DNA of 38,251 nt. Source: a virus. Taxonomy: Duplodnaviria; Caudoviricetes. The stretch is from positions 1 to 38,251 of the IMG/VR virus record IMGVR_UViG_3300032305_000289; one strand, 5' to 3'. The notes beneath the pieces were generated by a model. The model was not told the DNA's origin. It worked only from the letters and a program-made list of their open reading frames with translations, and did not search any database. The position numbers and the translations under genes are program-made. Below, piece after piece: positions 9,063 to 18,570 of the stretch (positions are counted from its first letter, which is position 1; each line of letters starts with the position of its first letter).

Positions 9063-11140
9063 TGGCCTTTATTGAGATTGATAATATAGGGAAGATTGAG
9101 GTCCCAGACAATCTCTCCGAGGCAGAACAAGACAGAATAGCTGAACAAGTAGTCAGCGATTATTCGCAAGCAAGATCCGCTGTTCAGCCAGAAGGAACTG
9201 GCGAGGCTTTAGCTAGAGAAGCTGGCCTTACTGCCAGAGCAGCAATCAACCCAATTACGGCTGGTGCTGGTATTGGTGCTGGTCTTGGCTTATTAGTTGG
9301 CGGGGTTGGTGCGCTACCAGGCGCGGCTGCTGGAGCCACAGCGGGGCTTCTTACCGATATTGGATCTAGGGTTTACTCTTCATTAACTGGCAAGGGCAGG
9401 CCACTAAGCGAGATTTTAGATGAAATAAAGACTGATATTGGTCTTCCAAAACCAGCAACTCCTGGCGAAAGGATGCGGTCAAATATCATAGAAGCTACTA
9501 CTGGAATGGCTGGTGGAATGGGTGCTGGTAAAATAGCATCACAAGCAGTTTCTCCAGTAATACGCGGAGTGGGGCAAGTTCTCACAGAACGTCCAGCTAT
9601 GCAGACAGCATCTGGAATTACTAGTGCAATAGGATCTAGTCTTGCAGAACAATCTGGGGCAGGTCCAGTTGGTCAAGCTGCTGCTGGACTAGCTGGCGCA
9701 ATCATCCCATCAGCAGGACCCTTAGGCCAAGCATCGTTGCAACAACTAGGACGAGCAAAAGCAACTCAAGATGAAATCCGAAGGAATATAGAGTCCTTTG
9801 CTTTGGCTGGGACTACTCCATCTGCTGGGCAAGCTACTGGAAGCGGAATGATACAAGGTCTTGAAACAACAATAGGAAGACTTCCTGGTTCTGTTGGGAT
9901 GATGAGAGAAAAGGCTATAAGCCAACAGGCTGAAATAGGCTCTAAGGTAAAGCAAATTGCAGAGGAACTATCAAGAGTAAAAGAACCTACAATAGCTGGT
10001 GCTGGAATTCAAAGAGGGGTTGAGGATGTATTCTTGCCAAGGGCAAGGGCGGTTGAGGGGGGATTGTATAATAATTTAGATACTGTAATACCCAAGGTTA
10101 AGCCAGTTAAGGCAAGCAATACATACACAGCGTTGGAGCAACTTTCTAGGCCGATTGAAGGCGCACCCGCCCTATCAAGAAATCAACTCATAATGAGCCA
10201 AGAAATAGGTGCGCTTAAAAATGACCTAGAATCTGACCTATTGAATGCCGAGGGCGATATACCATTTTCTGCCCTTAAAGGACTACGATCTAAAATTGGG
10301 GAAAAACTTAGCTCCGTGCAGTTGATGTCCAATGTTTCGCAGGGGCAATATAAGAAGATTTATGGTGCGCTTACTGAAGATTTGAGAACGGCAGCAGAAG
10401 AAGCTGGCCCCAAAGCTGTAACTGCATTCAATAGGGCTAACAAATACACTCGTTCCCTTCACGGAAGAATGGAAAAGCTTCAAAGCTTTATAGATAAAAG
10501 CGAGCCAGAGAAAATTTTCAAGGCAGCGTTTGAGGGGTCAGATATAGGGGCAACAAGATTGCGCGCTGTTATGCAGAGCATACCCGAGCCAGAGCAAAAA
10601 GCAGTAGCTGCTTCGTTTATCTCGAGAATGGGCAAGGCTCTCCCAGGGCAACAAGATCAAGCTGGTGATATTTTTAGTACGGAAAGATTTCTTACCAATT
10701 GGAACAGATTAAGCCCAGAGGCAAGAACTACTCTGTTTGGAAGATTTGGAGACAAGTACCAGCGCAATATGCAGAAGATTGCTGAAACTGCATCTAGGAT
10801 TAGAGAGGGATCAAAAGTGCTTGCCAATCCCGCTGGAACTGCTGTTGGTGGCACGCAGACAATGACATATCTTGCTACCGCTGGTTCGCTTGGTGCTGGT
10901 AAGTATGGAATTGTTACTGGAATCGCAGCAGTTGGAATTGCTGGGAATGTTTTAGGTCGCGCATTTATCAACCCCAAGTTTGTCAATTGGTTGGCCAAAA
11001 ACTCTGAAATACCTTCCTATGCCATACCTGCTGCTATTTCAAACTTGAACGCAATAGCAGTAGATGAAAAAGATCCAGACCTTGCAGAGATTGCAACTCA
11101 ACTAAGAAAACAAGAGGTGGCTAAAAGGGCTGCCAAGTAA
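9062..11140 (+). CDS. Large internal virion / DNA transfer protein
   Basis: 692 aa; Gly/Ala-rich hydrophobic segments near both ends; helical core; TAATG coupling at both ends. Confidence 0.65.
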   Translation: MAFIEIDNIGKIEVPDNLSEAEQDRIAEQVVSDYSQARSAVQPEGTGEALAREAGLTARAAINPITAGAGIGAGLGLLVGGVGALPGAAAGATAGLLTDIGSRVYSSLTGKGRPLSEILDEIKTDIGLPKPATPGERMRSNIIEATTGMAGGMGAGKIASQAVSPVIRGVGQVLTERPAMQTASGITSAIGSSLAEQSGAGPVGQAAAGLAGAIIPSAGPLGQASLQQLGRAKATQDEIRRNIESFALAGTTPSAGQATGSGMIQGLETTIGRLPGSVGMMREKAISQQAEIGSKVKQIAEELSRVKEPTIAGAGIQRGVEDVFLPRARAVEGGLYNNLDTVIPKVKPVKASNTYTALEQLSRPIEGAPALSRNQLIMSQEIGALKNDLESDLLNAEGDIPFSALKGLRSKIGEKLSSVQLMSNVSQGQYKKIYGALTEDLRTAAEEAGPKAVTAFNRANKYTRSLHGRMEKLQSFIDKSEPEKIFKAAFEGSDIGATRLRAVMQSIPEPEQKAVAASFISRMGKALPGQQDQAGDIFSTERFLTNWNRLSPEARTTLFGRFGDKYQRNMQKIAETASRIREGSKVLANPAGTAVGGTQTMTYLATAGSLGAGKYGIVTGIAAVGIAGNVLGRAFINPKFVNWLAKNSEIPSYAIPAAISNLNAIAVDEKDPDLAEIATQLRKQEVAKRAAK

Positions 11141-11865
11141 TGGCTAAGTTTGATATATCTGGATCTGTTGGAAGGGGATTAAATACTGTAGATAATAGGG
11201 CTAGGGATGTTGCCATACGCCAAGAAATTGAACCACCAGAGGTACAGAAGCAGATGAAAATAGAAGAGGTGAGGAACACGCTTGAGCCAATGCAAGTAGA
11301 TGAATATATGACCGAACAAAACCCACTCCTAACAGCAGCCATGAAGACAGTAGAGTGGGAAGGCCGCAAGGATAAGCAAGGTAATCTTGCCGTCTATAAA
11401 CTCCCCTCTGGTGATATGGGCGGGAACTACGAGGTAGCTGGTATTAACGATAAGTACCATCCAGAGGCGTTTAAGGCCATCTCCTCGCTTCCTCCGCAAG
11501 AAAGAGCAAAAGCTACAGCAGAGTATATACAAGGCTATACCGCACCGCTTGTTGATAAATTACCTCCAACATTACAGGGGTTCACGCAAGACATGGCGTT
11601 TAACAGAGGAATGGGCGGGGCAACCAAATACCTACAGCAAGGATTGAACACGCTTGGGCTGAATGTAAGGGTTGATGGCGCAATAGGTCCCAAGACATTG
11701 GATGCAATCAACCAGGCAAATCCTATGGCCTTGATGCAGGCTGCTAGCAAGGCACAGTTAGATGACGAATATCGAATGGCTCAAAAGAACCCAGATAGAA
11801 AGAAGTTTCTAAATGGGCTGGAGAGCAGGATTAACAATAGATTGTCAACCTTTGGGCAGGGTTAA
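11140..11865 (+). CDS. Peptidoglycan hydrolase, GH108-like lysozyme with PG-binding domain
   Basis: EWEG...D.GG....GI...HP, FTQDMAFNRG, LQQGLN...VDGAIGPKTL, KFLNGL..R motifs. Confidence 0.8.
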   Translation: MAKFDISGSVGRGLNTVDNRARDVAIRQEIEPPEVQKQMKIEEVRNTLEPMQVDEYMTEQNPLLTAAMKTVEWEGRKDKQGNLAVYKLPSGDMGGNYEVAGINDKYHPEAFKAISSLPPQERAKATAEYIQGYTAPLVDKLPPTLQGFTQDMAFNRGMGGATKYLQQGLNTLGLNVRVDGAIGPKTLDAINQANPMALMQAASKAQLDDEYRMAQKNPDRKKFLNGLESRINNRLSTFGQG

Positions 11866-12219
11866 TTATTTCGACTTATTATTTGAGAAAATATATGTCG
11901 AACCAGATTTCCCAGAATAATAGTTTCCGTCTTGTACCTTCATTCCTTGCGAACCATAAAACAAGAAATTGCTTTTGGTCATAATTTGACCATTGCCATA
12001 ATAAACATCACCACAACGAGCTATGATGCCTTTTGGAGTTAGGGTAAGAATCCCATCCTCAACCAACAGGCCGTGTTGTGTAATTGCTAATCCTTTTCCA
12101 CCGCTAAACACAGCAGAACCAGAGTCATAAACTCCACCAGATACATCATCCAACTCATCTTCCCCCATCACCGATGCCATCAGCATCGCCGTTACTGCAA
12201 TCATTGTTATCGCTTTCAT
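11866..12219 (-). CDS. Secreted/periplasmic protein, opposite orientation (moron-like)
   Basis: Start reassigned to ATG 12219: MKAITMIAVTAMLMASVMG resembles a signal peptide; Gly/Tyr-rich mature part; own promoter. Confidence 0.6.
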   Translation of the reverse strand: MKAITMIAVTAMLMASVMGEDELDDVSGGVYDSGSAVFSGGKGLAITQHGLLVEDGILTLTPKGIIARCGDVYYGNGQIMTKSNFLFYGSQGMKVQDGNYYSGKSGSTYIFSNNKSK

Positions 12220-12225
12220 GTAAAA

Positions 12226-12254
12226 ACTCTGTACCTTAAATAAAGCCATGTCAA
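12226..12254 (-). promoter_or_regulatory. Sigma70-type promoter, probably leaderless
   Basis: TTGACA-17 nt-CAGAGT-6 nt-ATG(12219). Confidence 0.55.
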
Positions 12255-12628
12255 ACAAATTATCTTCGCGCCAAGTGGGTGCGGTAGGCGTGGCTAGGGT
12301 AACTGGTGCGTTACTGCGGTGCGGTTACAACGTGCTTACGCCTTACGAAGACTTTGCGGGCTACGATGTGGTGGCTGAGAGGCATGGCAAGTTCTTCCGA
12401 ATCCAAGTTAAGACCGCACAAGTGCTGGAACCAAACAGGAATAGGTATCGGTTTACTACTTCGAGCGGGAGCCAAGTCAAAAGGCTGATTACTGGAGTGG
12501 ATTATGTGGCTTGCTGGGCGATGGGTGACGATCTGTTCTGGCTAATCCCCATTGCTAAATGCAAAACAATCACTACTAAATTTTGTCCCTCGACAGGTCA
12601 AAGCTGGCGTGTATTTTCAAACCTATGA
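12248..12628 (+). CDS. PD-(D/E)XK endonuclease (PDDEXK_5-like)
   Basis: GY.V..P...YDVV...RIQVKT...VDYVA motif. Confidence 0.75.
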   Translation: MSNKLSSRQVGAVGVARVTGALLRCGYNVLTPYEDFAGYDVVAERHGKFFRIQVKTAQVLEPNRNRYRFTTSSGSQVKRLITGVDYVACWAMGDDLFWLIPIAKCKTITTKFCPSTGQSWRVFSNL

Positions 12629-12804
12629 CTGACCTAGAGGCGTGGAATAAATTTGAGGATGGGTTGAAAGATGTTACTTCGATGGAGGAAGCGATGGCCT
12701 GGGTGAAGAAGAATCAAAAGATTGTGGAGAAGCTGACCATCAGAGCGATGATTCGCAAGTTTAATGATGACATCAGCAAATCGAACAAAGCTTGGCGTAA
12801 TTAA
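12625..12804 (+). CDS. Hypothetical protein
   Basis: ATGA overlap with upstream stop; 59 aa MTDLEAWNKF... Confidence 0.6.
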   Translation: MTDLEAWNKFEDGLKDVTSMEEAMAWVKKNQKIVEKLTIRAMIRKFNDDISKSNKAWRN

Positions 12805-12811
12805 ATTTTAG

Positions 12812-12840
12812 TTGACACGCATTGGCTAAATCTCTAGCCA
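12812..12840 (+). promoter_or_regulatory. Possible promoter with overlapping palindrome
   Basis: TTGACA-17-TAGCCA (weak -10); TGGCTA-N6-TAGCCA inverted repeat; ATG at 12848. Confidence 0.4.
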
Positions 12841-12847
12841 TAACTGG

Positions 12848-13084
12848 ATGCAGAAAAATCCAGACTCAACTGTTTTTGGCGAACTTAGTCCGAAAATTCC
12901 AAAGCCGTTTTATACCATTATTCTTGGCTCATTATGCATGGAGTCGAAGAGTAGGTCTTTTACTATTTCTGAGAAGGCGGTGCATGATTTTATAGAGGAA
13001 TGCATCCAAAATGGACCAGCTAATTTTATGCTTGACGGAAGCGCGACAACTGACCTAACAATGAGTGTCACATGGGAAAAATAA
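12848..13084 (+). CDS. Hypothetical protein
   Basis: 78-aa ORF filling the gap after the candidate promoter. Confidence 0.45.
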   Translation: MQKNPDSTVFGELSPKIPKPFYTIILGSLCMESKSRSFTISEKAVHDFIEECIQNGPANFMLDGSATTDLTMSVTWEK

Positions 13085-13515
13085 ACAGCAGGGCGAAGGG
13101 TGCAGCAGGGGAGAGAGAGTTAGCCAGTTACTTGCGCGAACAGGGTTGGCAGAAGGCTAGGCGCACTGTCCAGTACGCAGGCAATCCAGAGGGTGGTAGC
13201 GGGGATGTGGTTTGTGCAAATTTTCCATTTCATATCGAAGGCAAGCGTTGCCAAGCATTGAAGCCCGAGGATTGGATGGCGCAGGCCAAGCGTGACTGCC
13301 CAGAGGGAAAGATCCCAGCGGTATTCTTCCGCAGGAATGGTCGCAAAGAATGGCTTGTTATCCTAACCGCCGACAGCGTGTGCGAATTAGCTCGACAGAT
13401 CGCGCCGTCTGATGTCAAAGTCGAATATATGCCAACGATTGCAAAAGGATTTTACGTCAACACGCCAGAAGATTTAGAACGACTTCAACCCACAACAATA
13501 AACCCAAATAAATAA
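13072..13515 (+). CDS. Holliday junction resolvase (Hjc-like PD-(D/E)XK)
   Basis: SRAKGAAGERELA..L...G...ARR..Q...GDV...HIEGKR...W..QA...PAVFFRRN. Confidence 0.85.
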   Translation: MGKINSRAKGAAGERELASYLREQGWQKARRTVQYAGNPEGGSGDVVCANFPFHIEGKRCQALKPEDWMAQAKRDCPEGKIPAVFFRRNGRKEWLVILTADSVCELARQIAPSDVKVEYMPTIAKGFYVNTPEDLERLQPTTINPNK

Positions 13516-13528
13516 AGGAGATACTACA

Positions 13529-14164
13529 ATGGCACTAACCATAAGTGAATCAGCAAAGATGGAGCGCAAGCTACCAGAGGCAGGAGCAACAGTTGGAATG
13601 TTGTTTAGCCTAGTTGACCTAGGAACGCAGAAGCAAACCTGGGATGGCGAAGAGAAATGGATGCCCAAGGTCCGATTGACCTTCGAGCTTCCAGACCAGT
13701 TAGACGAGTTCGAGGTAGAGGAGAATGGCAAACGTACCAAGGTGTCAAAGCCTATGATCGTTTCCATTGAGCAAACTCGTAGCTTGGGCGAGAAGGCCAG
13801 CTTACGGAAGCTGTTAGAACAATGGCGCGGTCAGACGTTCACAGGTGCAGAGCTAAAGGCGTTTAGCCTAAAGAATCTGTTGGGCAAGCCAGCCATGCTT
13901 ACCCTAATCCACAAGACATCCCAAGCTGGTCGTGCTTACTGCGCGATTGCTGGTGCGTCTAAACTGCCCAAGAGCATGACTGCTCCAGCCAAACCTTCTA
14001 ACGATCTTGTTTACTACGAGATCGAGCAGAAGGATGGCGGTCAGTTTGCAGATATGCCCGAATGGTTGCAGGACAAGATCCGCGCAAGCAAGGAGTTTGC
14101 TGGTGCAGCGGTCACAACCAAAGTTGGCGGTGAAGACGGAGACGGCAACCAGGTTCCGTTCTAA
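13529..14164 (+). CDS. Single-stranded DNA-binding protein (phage type)
   Basis: AAGGAG RBS; VDLGTQ...FEL...SLGEKASLRK; acidic tail ending VPF. Confidence 0.7.
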   Translation: MALTISESAKMERKLPEAGATVGMLFSLVDLGTQKQTWDGEEKWMPKVRLTFELPDQLDEFEVEENGKRTKVSKPMIVSIEQTRSLGEKASLRKLLEQWRGQTFTGAELKAFSLKNLLGKPAMLTLIHKTSQAGRAYCAIAGASKLPKSMTAPAKPSNDLVYYEIEQKDGGQFADMPEWLQDKIRASKEFAGAAVTTKVGGEDGDGNQVPF

Positions 14165-14169
14165 GTTGT

Positions 14170-14991
14170 ATGGCTCTTACCATATCAGCCAAAGAGCCTT
14201 CCAATTCCCGCTTGGTCGCAACTGACCAGGCGGGACATTGGTACACCCAAGATGGTGATTCGGCTCATGTAATTATCGGAGCAAGCGGTAAGGAACGTAA
14301 CACCACTGTTACCGATGCTCGCAAGCTTGGGTTACTGCCAAGCGTTACATCTATTATCGGAATCTTAGACAAGCCACAATTAACAAGCTGGAAAATAGAG
14401 CAGGGCATTATGTCCTCGCTTACTCTACCAAAGGAGGAGAATGAAACGCTCGAAGATTACGCTCGAAGGGTGGTTAAAGACTCTAAAGAGTCAACAAGCA
14501 AAGCAGCTTTGCACGGCACGGCAATGCACACCGAAATGGAGAACATCCTTTTGGGACGTGCTTGCTCCACAGATGAAGTCCTTAAACCTTACATCGAAAC
14601 CTTTAGAAGCTGGGCAAGTGAAAATGTCGAGAAAACCTACTGGTGTGAAAAAGCAATGGTCGGTGCTGGTTACGCTGGAAGGTGTGATGCCTACGTCCGA
14701 TTGAAGGGTATTGGCGATGCGATCATAGACTTGAAGAATCGGAAGGTGAATCCAAAGTACTCACCTTTCTACGAAACTTCTGACTGCCCCCAGCTTTGGG
14801 CATACAGGATTGCCAGTGAGAACCCCAAGGCAGCCTGCGTGTCAATCGTGCTCGCATCCAACGATGCAAACAAGATCACCACTAGGACTTGGGAGGACGA
14901 TGAGCTTTACCAATCTGGTATTGCCTTCCAAGCCATGTTGAAAATCTGGTGCTGGGTTAAGGGCTATACGCCCCCAGGTTGTAAGCTGTAA
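14170..14991 (+). CDS. PD-(D/E)XK exonuclease (Cas4-like fold, phage recombination type)
   Basis: LPSVTSIIG..DKP.L..W, GTAMH, YAGRCD, IIDLK, QLWAY. Confidence 0.85.
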   Translation: MALTISAKEPSNSRLVATDQAGHWYTQDGDSAHVIIGASGKERNTTVTDARKLGLLPSVTSIIGILDKPQLTSWKIEQGIMSSLTLPKEENETLEDYARRVVKDSKESTSKAALHGTAMHTEMENILLGRACSTDEVLKPYIETFRSWASENVEKTYWCEKAMVGAGYAGRCDAYVRLKGIGDAIIDLKNRKVNPKYSPFYETSDCPQLWAYRIASENPKAACVSIVLASNDANKITTRTWEDDELYQSGIAFQAMLKIWCWVKGYTPPGCKL

Positions 14992-15287
14992 TGACTGCTC
15001 CCACCATAGCCGAGATGGGTGACGAAGCGGCAGCTATAACGTGGCGTGTCATGGGTAAGGGGTCAGACAAGTCAGCCTACGGAGACTGGCTGGAGAAGGA
15101 TAGGCCAACACATGACTACCATATTGCTAGGGCTATGCGTCACCTTGCCACAGCCCAGATGCAACTCCACAAGTCAACGCCTTGCCCAGACAACAACGGA
15201 GAAACTGCCAGCGATCATTTAGAGCGTGCATTGGTTAGGTGTTTGTTTGCGCTCGCACAAATAAAGAAAGAGGTGACAAGGTTATGA
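14991..15287 (+). CDS. Putative dATP/dGTP diphosphohydrolase-like (DUF5664-like) protein
   Basis: VM.KG..K...DW....HIARAMRHL....E...DHL..A..R.LF pattern; divergent. Confidence 0.55.
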   Translation: MTAPTIAEMGDEAAAITWRVMGKGSDKSAYGDWLEKDRPTHDYHIARAMRHLATAQMQLHKSTPCPDNNGETASDHLERALVRCLFALAQIKKEVTRL

Positions 15288-15547
15288 AGACTGAGGTGGA
15301 TTTTAGCTGGAATGGCGAAGAGTATTCTGCATATGGAACGCCAGAGATTGAGACCATTGAAGAGGACATTGGACCTTGTAGGTGGGGCGAGCACTTTATG
15401 TCAGAGTCTGTGGATTCAGTAGAAATGTCTGACATTGAAATCTTAAAAGACGGACAACTTGTAGTTGATCCTTCTAAGGATCTGCTTGATAAAGCAGATG
15501 CTCTTCTCTGCTTGCAGGCAGGAGATGATTGGGAGCGTTCTAATTGA
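15284..15547 (+). CDS. Acidic hypothetical protein
   Basis: ATGA coupling at 15284; GAGGTG RBS; 87 aa D/E-rich. Confidence 0.6.
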   Translation: MKTEVDFSWNGEEYSAYGTPEIETIEEDIGPCRWGEHFMSESVDSVEMSDIEILKDGQLVVDPSKDLLDKADALLCLQAGDDWERSN

Positions 15548-15699
15548 AACTTGCGCTCTCATGGATCTGCTACCACATAGGAAACATAATCAGCCTAACC
15601 CTAATGCGGTGGGGGTTGGGTTATCCAGCCTACAATCGCCTTATGATCTGGTCTTCAGACCTAGATGAAAACGGAGTCTTATGGAAGGACGTAAAATGA
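15544..15699 (+). CDS. Small hypothetical protein (not in ORF track)
   Basis: TTG start overlaps previous TGA; MKLALSWICYHIGNIISLTLMRWG...KDVK*; stop overlaps the next ATG. Confidence 0.55.
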   Translation: MKLALSWICYHIGNIISLTLMRWGLGYPAYNRLMIWSSDLDENGVLWKDVK

Positions 15700-16361
15700 A
15701 AAAAGCATTAGTCACGCAAGCATTCGGAGATGAGTGGAAGAAGATACTGGAACTAACCAAGCCGCGCATGGAGGCTTACTGCCAGCGTCACCAGATAGAT
15801 TTCATCGCACTGGAGAAGCCACTCACCGAGCCTGTCCAATACAGCAAGTCAGCCATAGGAAACATCATGGCCACTAAGGGCTACGACCAAGTAACCTTTG
15901 TGGACTCAGACATTCTTATTACTAAAGATTGCCCAGACATAGGCGAAGACGCTGGCGTGTTCTGTGCCTTTGATGAGGGAGCGTTCTTAGACCGCAAGCT
16001 GGCGATGGGTAAGCTTGCTGGAACTTTCGGCGCAATCATTGACCCCCGATTCTATGTCAACACTGGCGTGTTTGTGATCTCCTCCAAGGCGGTAGGCGCA
16101 CTGTCTATGCCGCCACTAGGATTACTGCCTAACCACTTCGCGGAACAAACCTGGATGAACATCATGGTGCATATCTGGAACATCCCGCTGACCGAGCTTG
16201 ACCCTGTTTACAACTGCATGACTAGCGTGGAGGAACACTTTGGCCTAGACCGCTACAAGGATGCGATGTGCATTCATTACGCTGGGCAGTCAAACGATCT
16301 AACTAGATTATCAAACCAGATTAAAGCTGATGACGCGAAGCTGGTGGAGCTAGGCCGATGA
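15696..16361 (+). CDS. Glycosyltransferase, GT-A fold (GT8/GT34-like)
   Basis: YC.RH..DF, FVDSD (DxD), YVNTGVFV, EQTWMN, YN, IHYAG. Confidence 0.8.
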   Translation: MKKALVTQAFGDEWKKILELTKPRMEAYCQRHQIDFIALEKPLTEPVQYSKSAIGNIMATKGYDQVTFVDSDILITKDCPDIGEDAGVFCAFDEGAFLDRKLAMGKLAGTFGAIIDPRFYVNTGVFVISSKAVGALSMPPLGLLPNHFAEQTWMNIMVHIWNIPLTELDPVYNCMTSVEEHFGLDRYKDAMCIHYAGQSNDLTRLSNQIKADDAKLVELGR

Positions 16362-16567
16362 ACTTTGTGCGAGTAGTGCCAGAGTGCGGCAAGTGGCGGT
16401 TGCACACCATGAACGGCGAGGCTTTGGGACCGCGCTTAATCGGAGCGCACATAGAAGGCGTGGCTCCTTTCATGGACATCTTCGATACCAAGGATGAAGC
16501 CCAAGACGCGGCGCAATGCTGGAACATTCTTGCCACCACTTGCAAGCCTAAGAAAAGCTATAAGTGA
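16358..16567 (+). CDS. Hypothetical protein
   Basis: Translationally coupled 69-aa ORF. Confidence 0.6.
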   Translation: MNFVRVVPECGKWRLHTMNGEALGPRLIGAHIEGVAPFMDIFDTKDEAQDAAQCWNILATTCKPKKSYK

Positions 16568-16881
16568 TCAAAGGCTCCCTAGTCAAAGGTGGATATGACG
16601 AAAAGCTACAGCAGTTGGCAGGCGAGGTTGCCTTGCGTGCGATCATGGATCTTCGCACGCTTCGTAGGCGCGGGGTGGTTAAGTGTATGAAGATTATCTC
16701 TAGGCCAGAGCTTGCCAACCTTCGTGATATGCCCGAATACAAAAACTCGCACAATGTCCAGAAGCTACTAGAAGATTTCCGCAATGGCACAGTTGGCTGG
16801 TGGTGCAGGGCGGCTGGCATTCGGATCTGCAACCGCACGCTCCTTCGCCGAATGAGGGAGGATGATTATGTTCTTTGCTGA
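16564..16881 (+). CDS. Hypothetical basic protein
   Basis: GTGA coupling; 105 aa. Confidence 0.6.
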   Translation: MIKGSLVKGGYDEKLQQLAGEVALRAIMDLRTLRRRGVVKCMKIISRPELANLRDMPEYKNSHNVQKLLEDFRNGTVGWWCRAAGIRICNRTLLRRMREDDYVLC

Positions 16882-17008
16882 AGCGTGGGGAATAGCTTGG
16901 GTGATTAGTTGGTTTGTGCTTTACAGCGTAGCCATCCTATCGGCAGTATTAACCGCAATCTACATCATATGCAAAATCATAGAGTTTATAAGAAAGGAAC
17001 TAGAATGA
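16868..17008 (+). CDS. Small membrane protein (not in ORF track)
   Basis: MFFAEAWGIAWVISWFVLYSVAILSAVLTAIYIICKIIEFIRKELE*; GGGAGG RBS; ATGA-coupled to next gene. Confidence 0.6.
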   Translation: MFFAEAWGIAWVISWFVLYSVAILSAVLTAIYIICKIIEFIRKELE

Positions 17009-17199
17009 GAAGAAAGAAACAAATCGAAGTAATAGACATTCGGGAAGTAAAGTCGGCGGTGATCGACATTAAGGTGGATGACAAGACGTTCAACGCTCTG
17101 GCCGAGGCTGGTAGGATTCATCTTCAGAAGGATAAGAAGGCGTGCTTCGAGTACGCACTGAACAAGGCTTTGCTGGAACTAGCCGAGATGACTAAGTGA
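17005..17199 (+). CDS. Hypothetical protein
   Basis: Start reassigned to ATG 17005 (AAGGA RBS, ATGA overlap). Confidence 0.6.
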   Translation: MRRKKQIEVIDIREVKSAVIDIKVDDKTFNALAEAGRIHLQKDKKACFEYALNKALLELAEMTK

Positions 17200-17768
17200 G
17201 TGAAGCCTTCAAGCAGAAGGTTCTAACCGCCAGCGTGGATCGCTACGTCCTCACGCCTACGCAATGTGTCATGCTGCGCCAGGATGCCGAGGTCATGGGT
17301 ATGAAGCGTGCAACTGTGATGAACAAAGACGGCACAACACGCAAGTCATTTGCAAGAAGCTACTCATCGTGCTGGGTTCCTTTCGCTACACAGTACGAGT
17401 GGATATACAAGGTGATGCGAGAGTTAACAGACAGCATCAATGCCGATGTATGGCGTTTCGACATCCAAGGCATCCAACAGTTGCAGATCCTGCGATACCG
17501 CCCACTACAGAAGTTTAGTTGGCACTATGACGCATTTACTTCCGAGGCTCCAGTGCGGAAGCTGACAGCGGTGGTCAACCTATCTGATCCTAGCGAGTAC
17601 CTGGGCGGTGGGTTGCAAGTTAAGGCTGACTTGATCAACGGAAGGTTTATCCAAGAGCAGGGTGCGGGTACTTGGTTCCCCTCCTACATCGAGCATCGCG
17701 CTCGCGCTCCTATCTTTGGTACACGCTGGGTGTTGGTGGCTTGGTTTACTGGACCAGCTTGGAAGTAA
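17196..17768 (+). CDS. 2OG-Fe(II) oxygenase (prolyl-hydroxylase/PKHD-like)
   Basis: WHYD (HxD), RKLTAVVNLSDPSEY.GG.L, FPSY.EH (distal H), TRWVLVAW. Confidence 0.88.
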   Translation: MSEAFKQKVLTASVDRYVLTPTQCVMLRQDAEVMGMKRATVMNKDGTTRKSFARSYSSCWVPFATQYEWIYKVMRELTDSINADVWRFDIQGIQQLQILRYRPLQKFSWHYDAFTSEAPVRKLTAVVNLSDPSEYLGGGLQVKADLINGRFIQEQGAGTWFPSYIEHRARAPIFGTRWVLVAWFTGPAWK

Positions 17769-18394
17769 TGGCAACGCTCAACGAAAACATTCCAAGCTTC
17801 AAGGCGCTGGTGAAGAAATCATTCTTTACTAAGAACGAAGCAGACAAAGAGTTTTATGGGGTCTATGTGTTTGGCTTGCAGTCTAGCGCTGGAACTATCC
17901 TAACCTTCCACGTTATGACTGACTCTGGGATGCTACGCAGTCGCGTACCTTTGTCGGAGATATACACGCACGAACCAGAAGCCGACATCCCATTCAATTA
18001 CAAGCAGCTTTGGGATTGTTTTAGCGAGAACGTGGCAGTCACAGAGTACAGCTTCTTGGCCTATCATCGCGCACAGATCCTGCTTAGGGATGCGACCAAG
18101 GTGTGGGGTACATACTTGTTTACAGTGGATTGGTTTAACAATCCCTACAGCGATGAGCCATCCGACTACAAGTGCGGTCATGTCTTTGCCGCAGACGAGG
18201 GCTACTTACTCTGTATGCCCAACAACCGCATCTTCTGGCGTGATTCTAATTGGGTGACGAAGAAGCTACCAGACAACCTAAAGCAGTTCCGAGTGGATAC
18301 AGACCTACCCAGCGTAGAGAATCAGAGCGACAAGTGGGTGACGGAGGATACCGATTCCTTTTATTACGACATCCTTAAGAAGGATTCAGAGTGA
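17768..18394 (+). CDS. Phage hypothetical protein
   Basis: Start ATG 17768 (TAATG coupling); 208 aa with QLWDCFS, YLFTVDW, KCGH, PNNRI.W motifs. Confidence 0.7.
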   Translation: MATLNENIPSFKALVKKSFFTKNEADKEFYGVYVFGLQSSAGTILTFHVMTDSGMLRSRVPLSEIYTHEPEADIPFNYKQLWDCFSENVAVTEYSFLAYHRAQILLRDATKVWGTYLFTVDWFNNPYSDEPSDYKCGHVFAADEGYLLCMPNNRIFWRDSNWVTKKLPDNLKQFRVDTDLPSVENQSDKWVTEDTDSFYYDILKKDSE

Positions 18395-18570
18395 ATGTAG
18401 ATACAAAGGCTAGACTTAAATGGTCACGCGATATACTTATCACTGCCAGAGAGAAGCTGGTGCTAGAAAAGAACCGCGCTGATCGTGGAAGATCGGTTGA
18501 CATTATTCAGATAATCACGATGGTGGATGCGGCGGCGTTAATAGCAAAGGAAATACTTGAAAGTGAATGA
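18391..18570 (+). CDS. Small hypothetical protein (not in ORF track)
   Basis: GTG start; MNVDTKARLKWSRDILITAREKL...KEILESE*; its TGA overlaps ATG 18567. Confidence 0.6.
   Translation: MNVDTKARLKWSRDILITAREKLVLEKNRADRGRSVDIIQIITMVDAAALIAKEILESE

Noticed and set aside
4125-10998. Many alternative-frame and antisense ORFs inside structural genes (e.g. 6779-7048, 7357-7788, 10657-10998)
   Set aside because: Shadow ORFs of long genes with no recognisable motifs or supporting start signals.
14991-15287. 2-aminoadenine (Z) genome pathway
   Set aside because: No PurZ or phage DNA polymerase seen; a DUF5664-like gene alone is insufficient.
17196-17768. TET/JBP 5mC dioxygenase
   Set aside because: Motifs match prolyl-hydroxylase/PKHD-type 2OG oxygenases; kept only as an alternative hypothesis in the findings.
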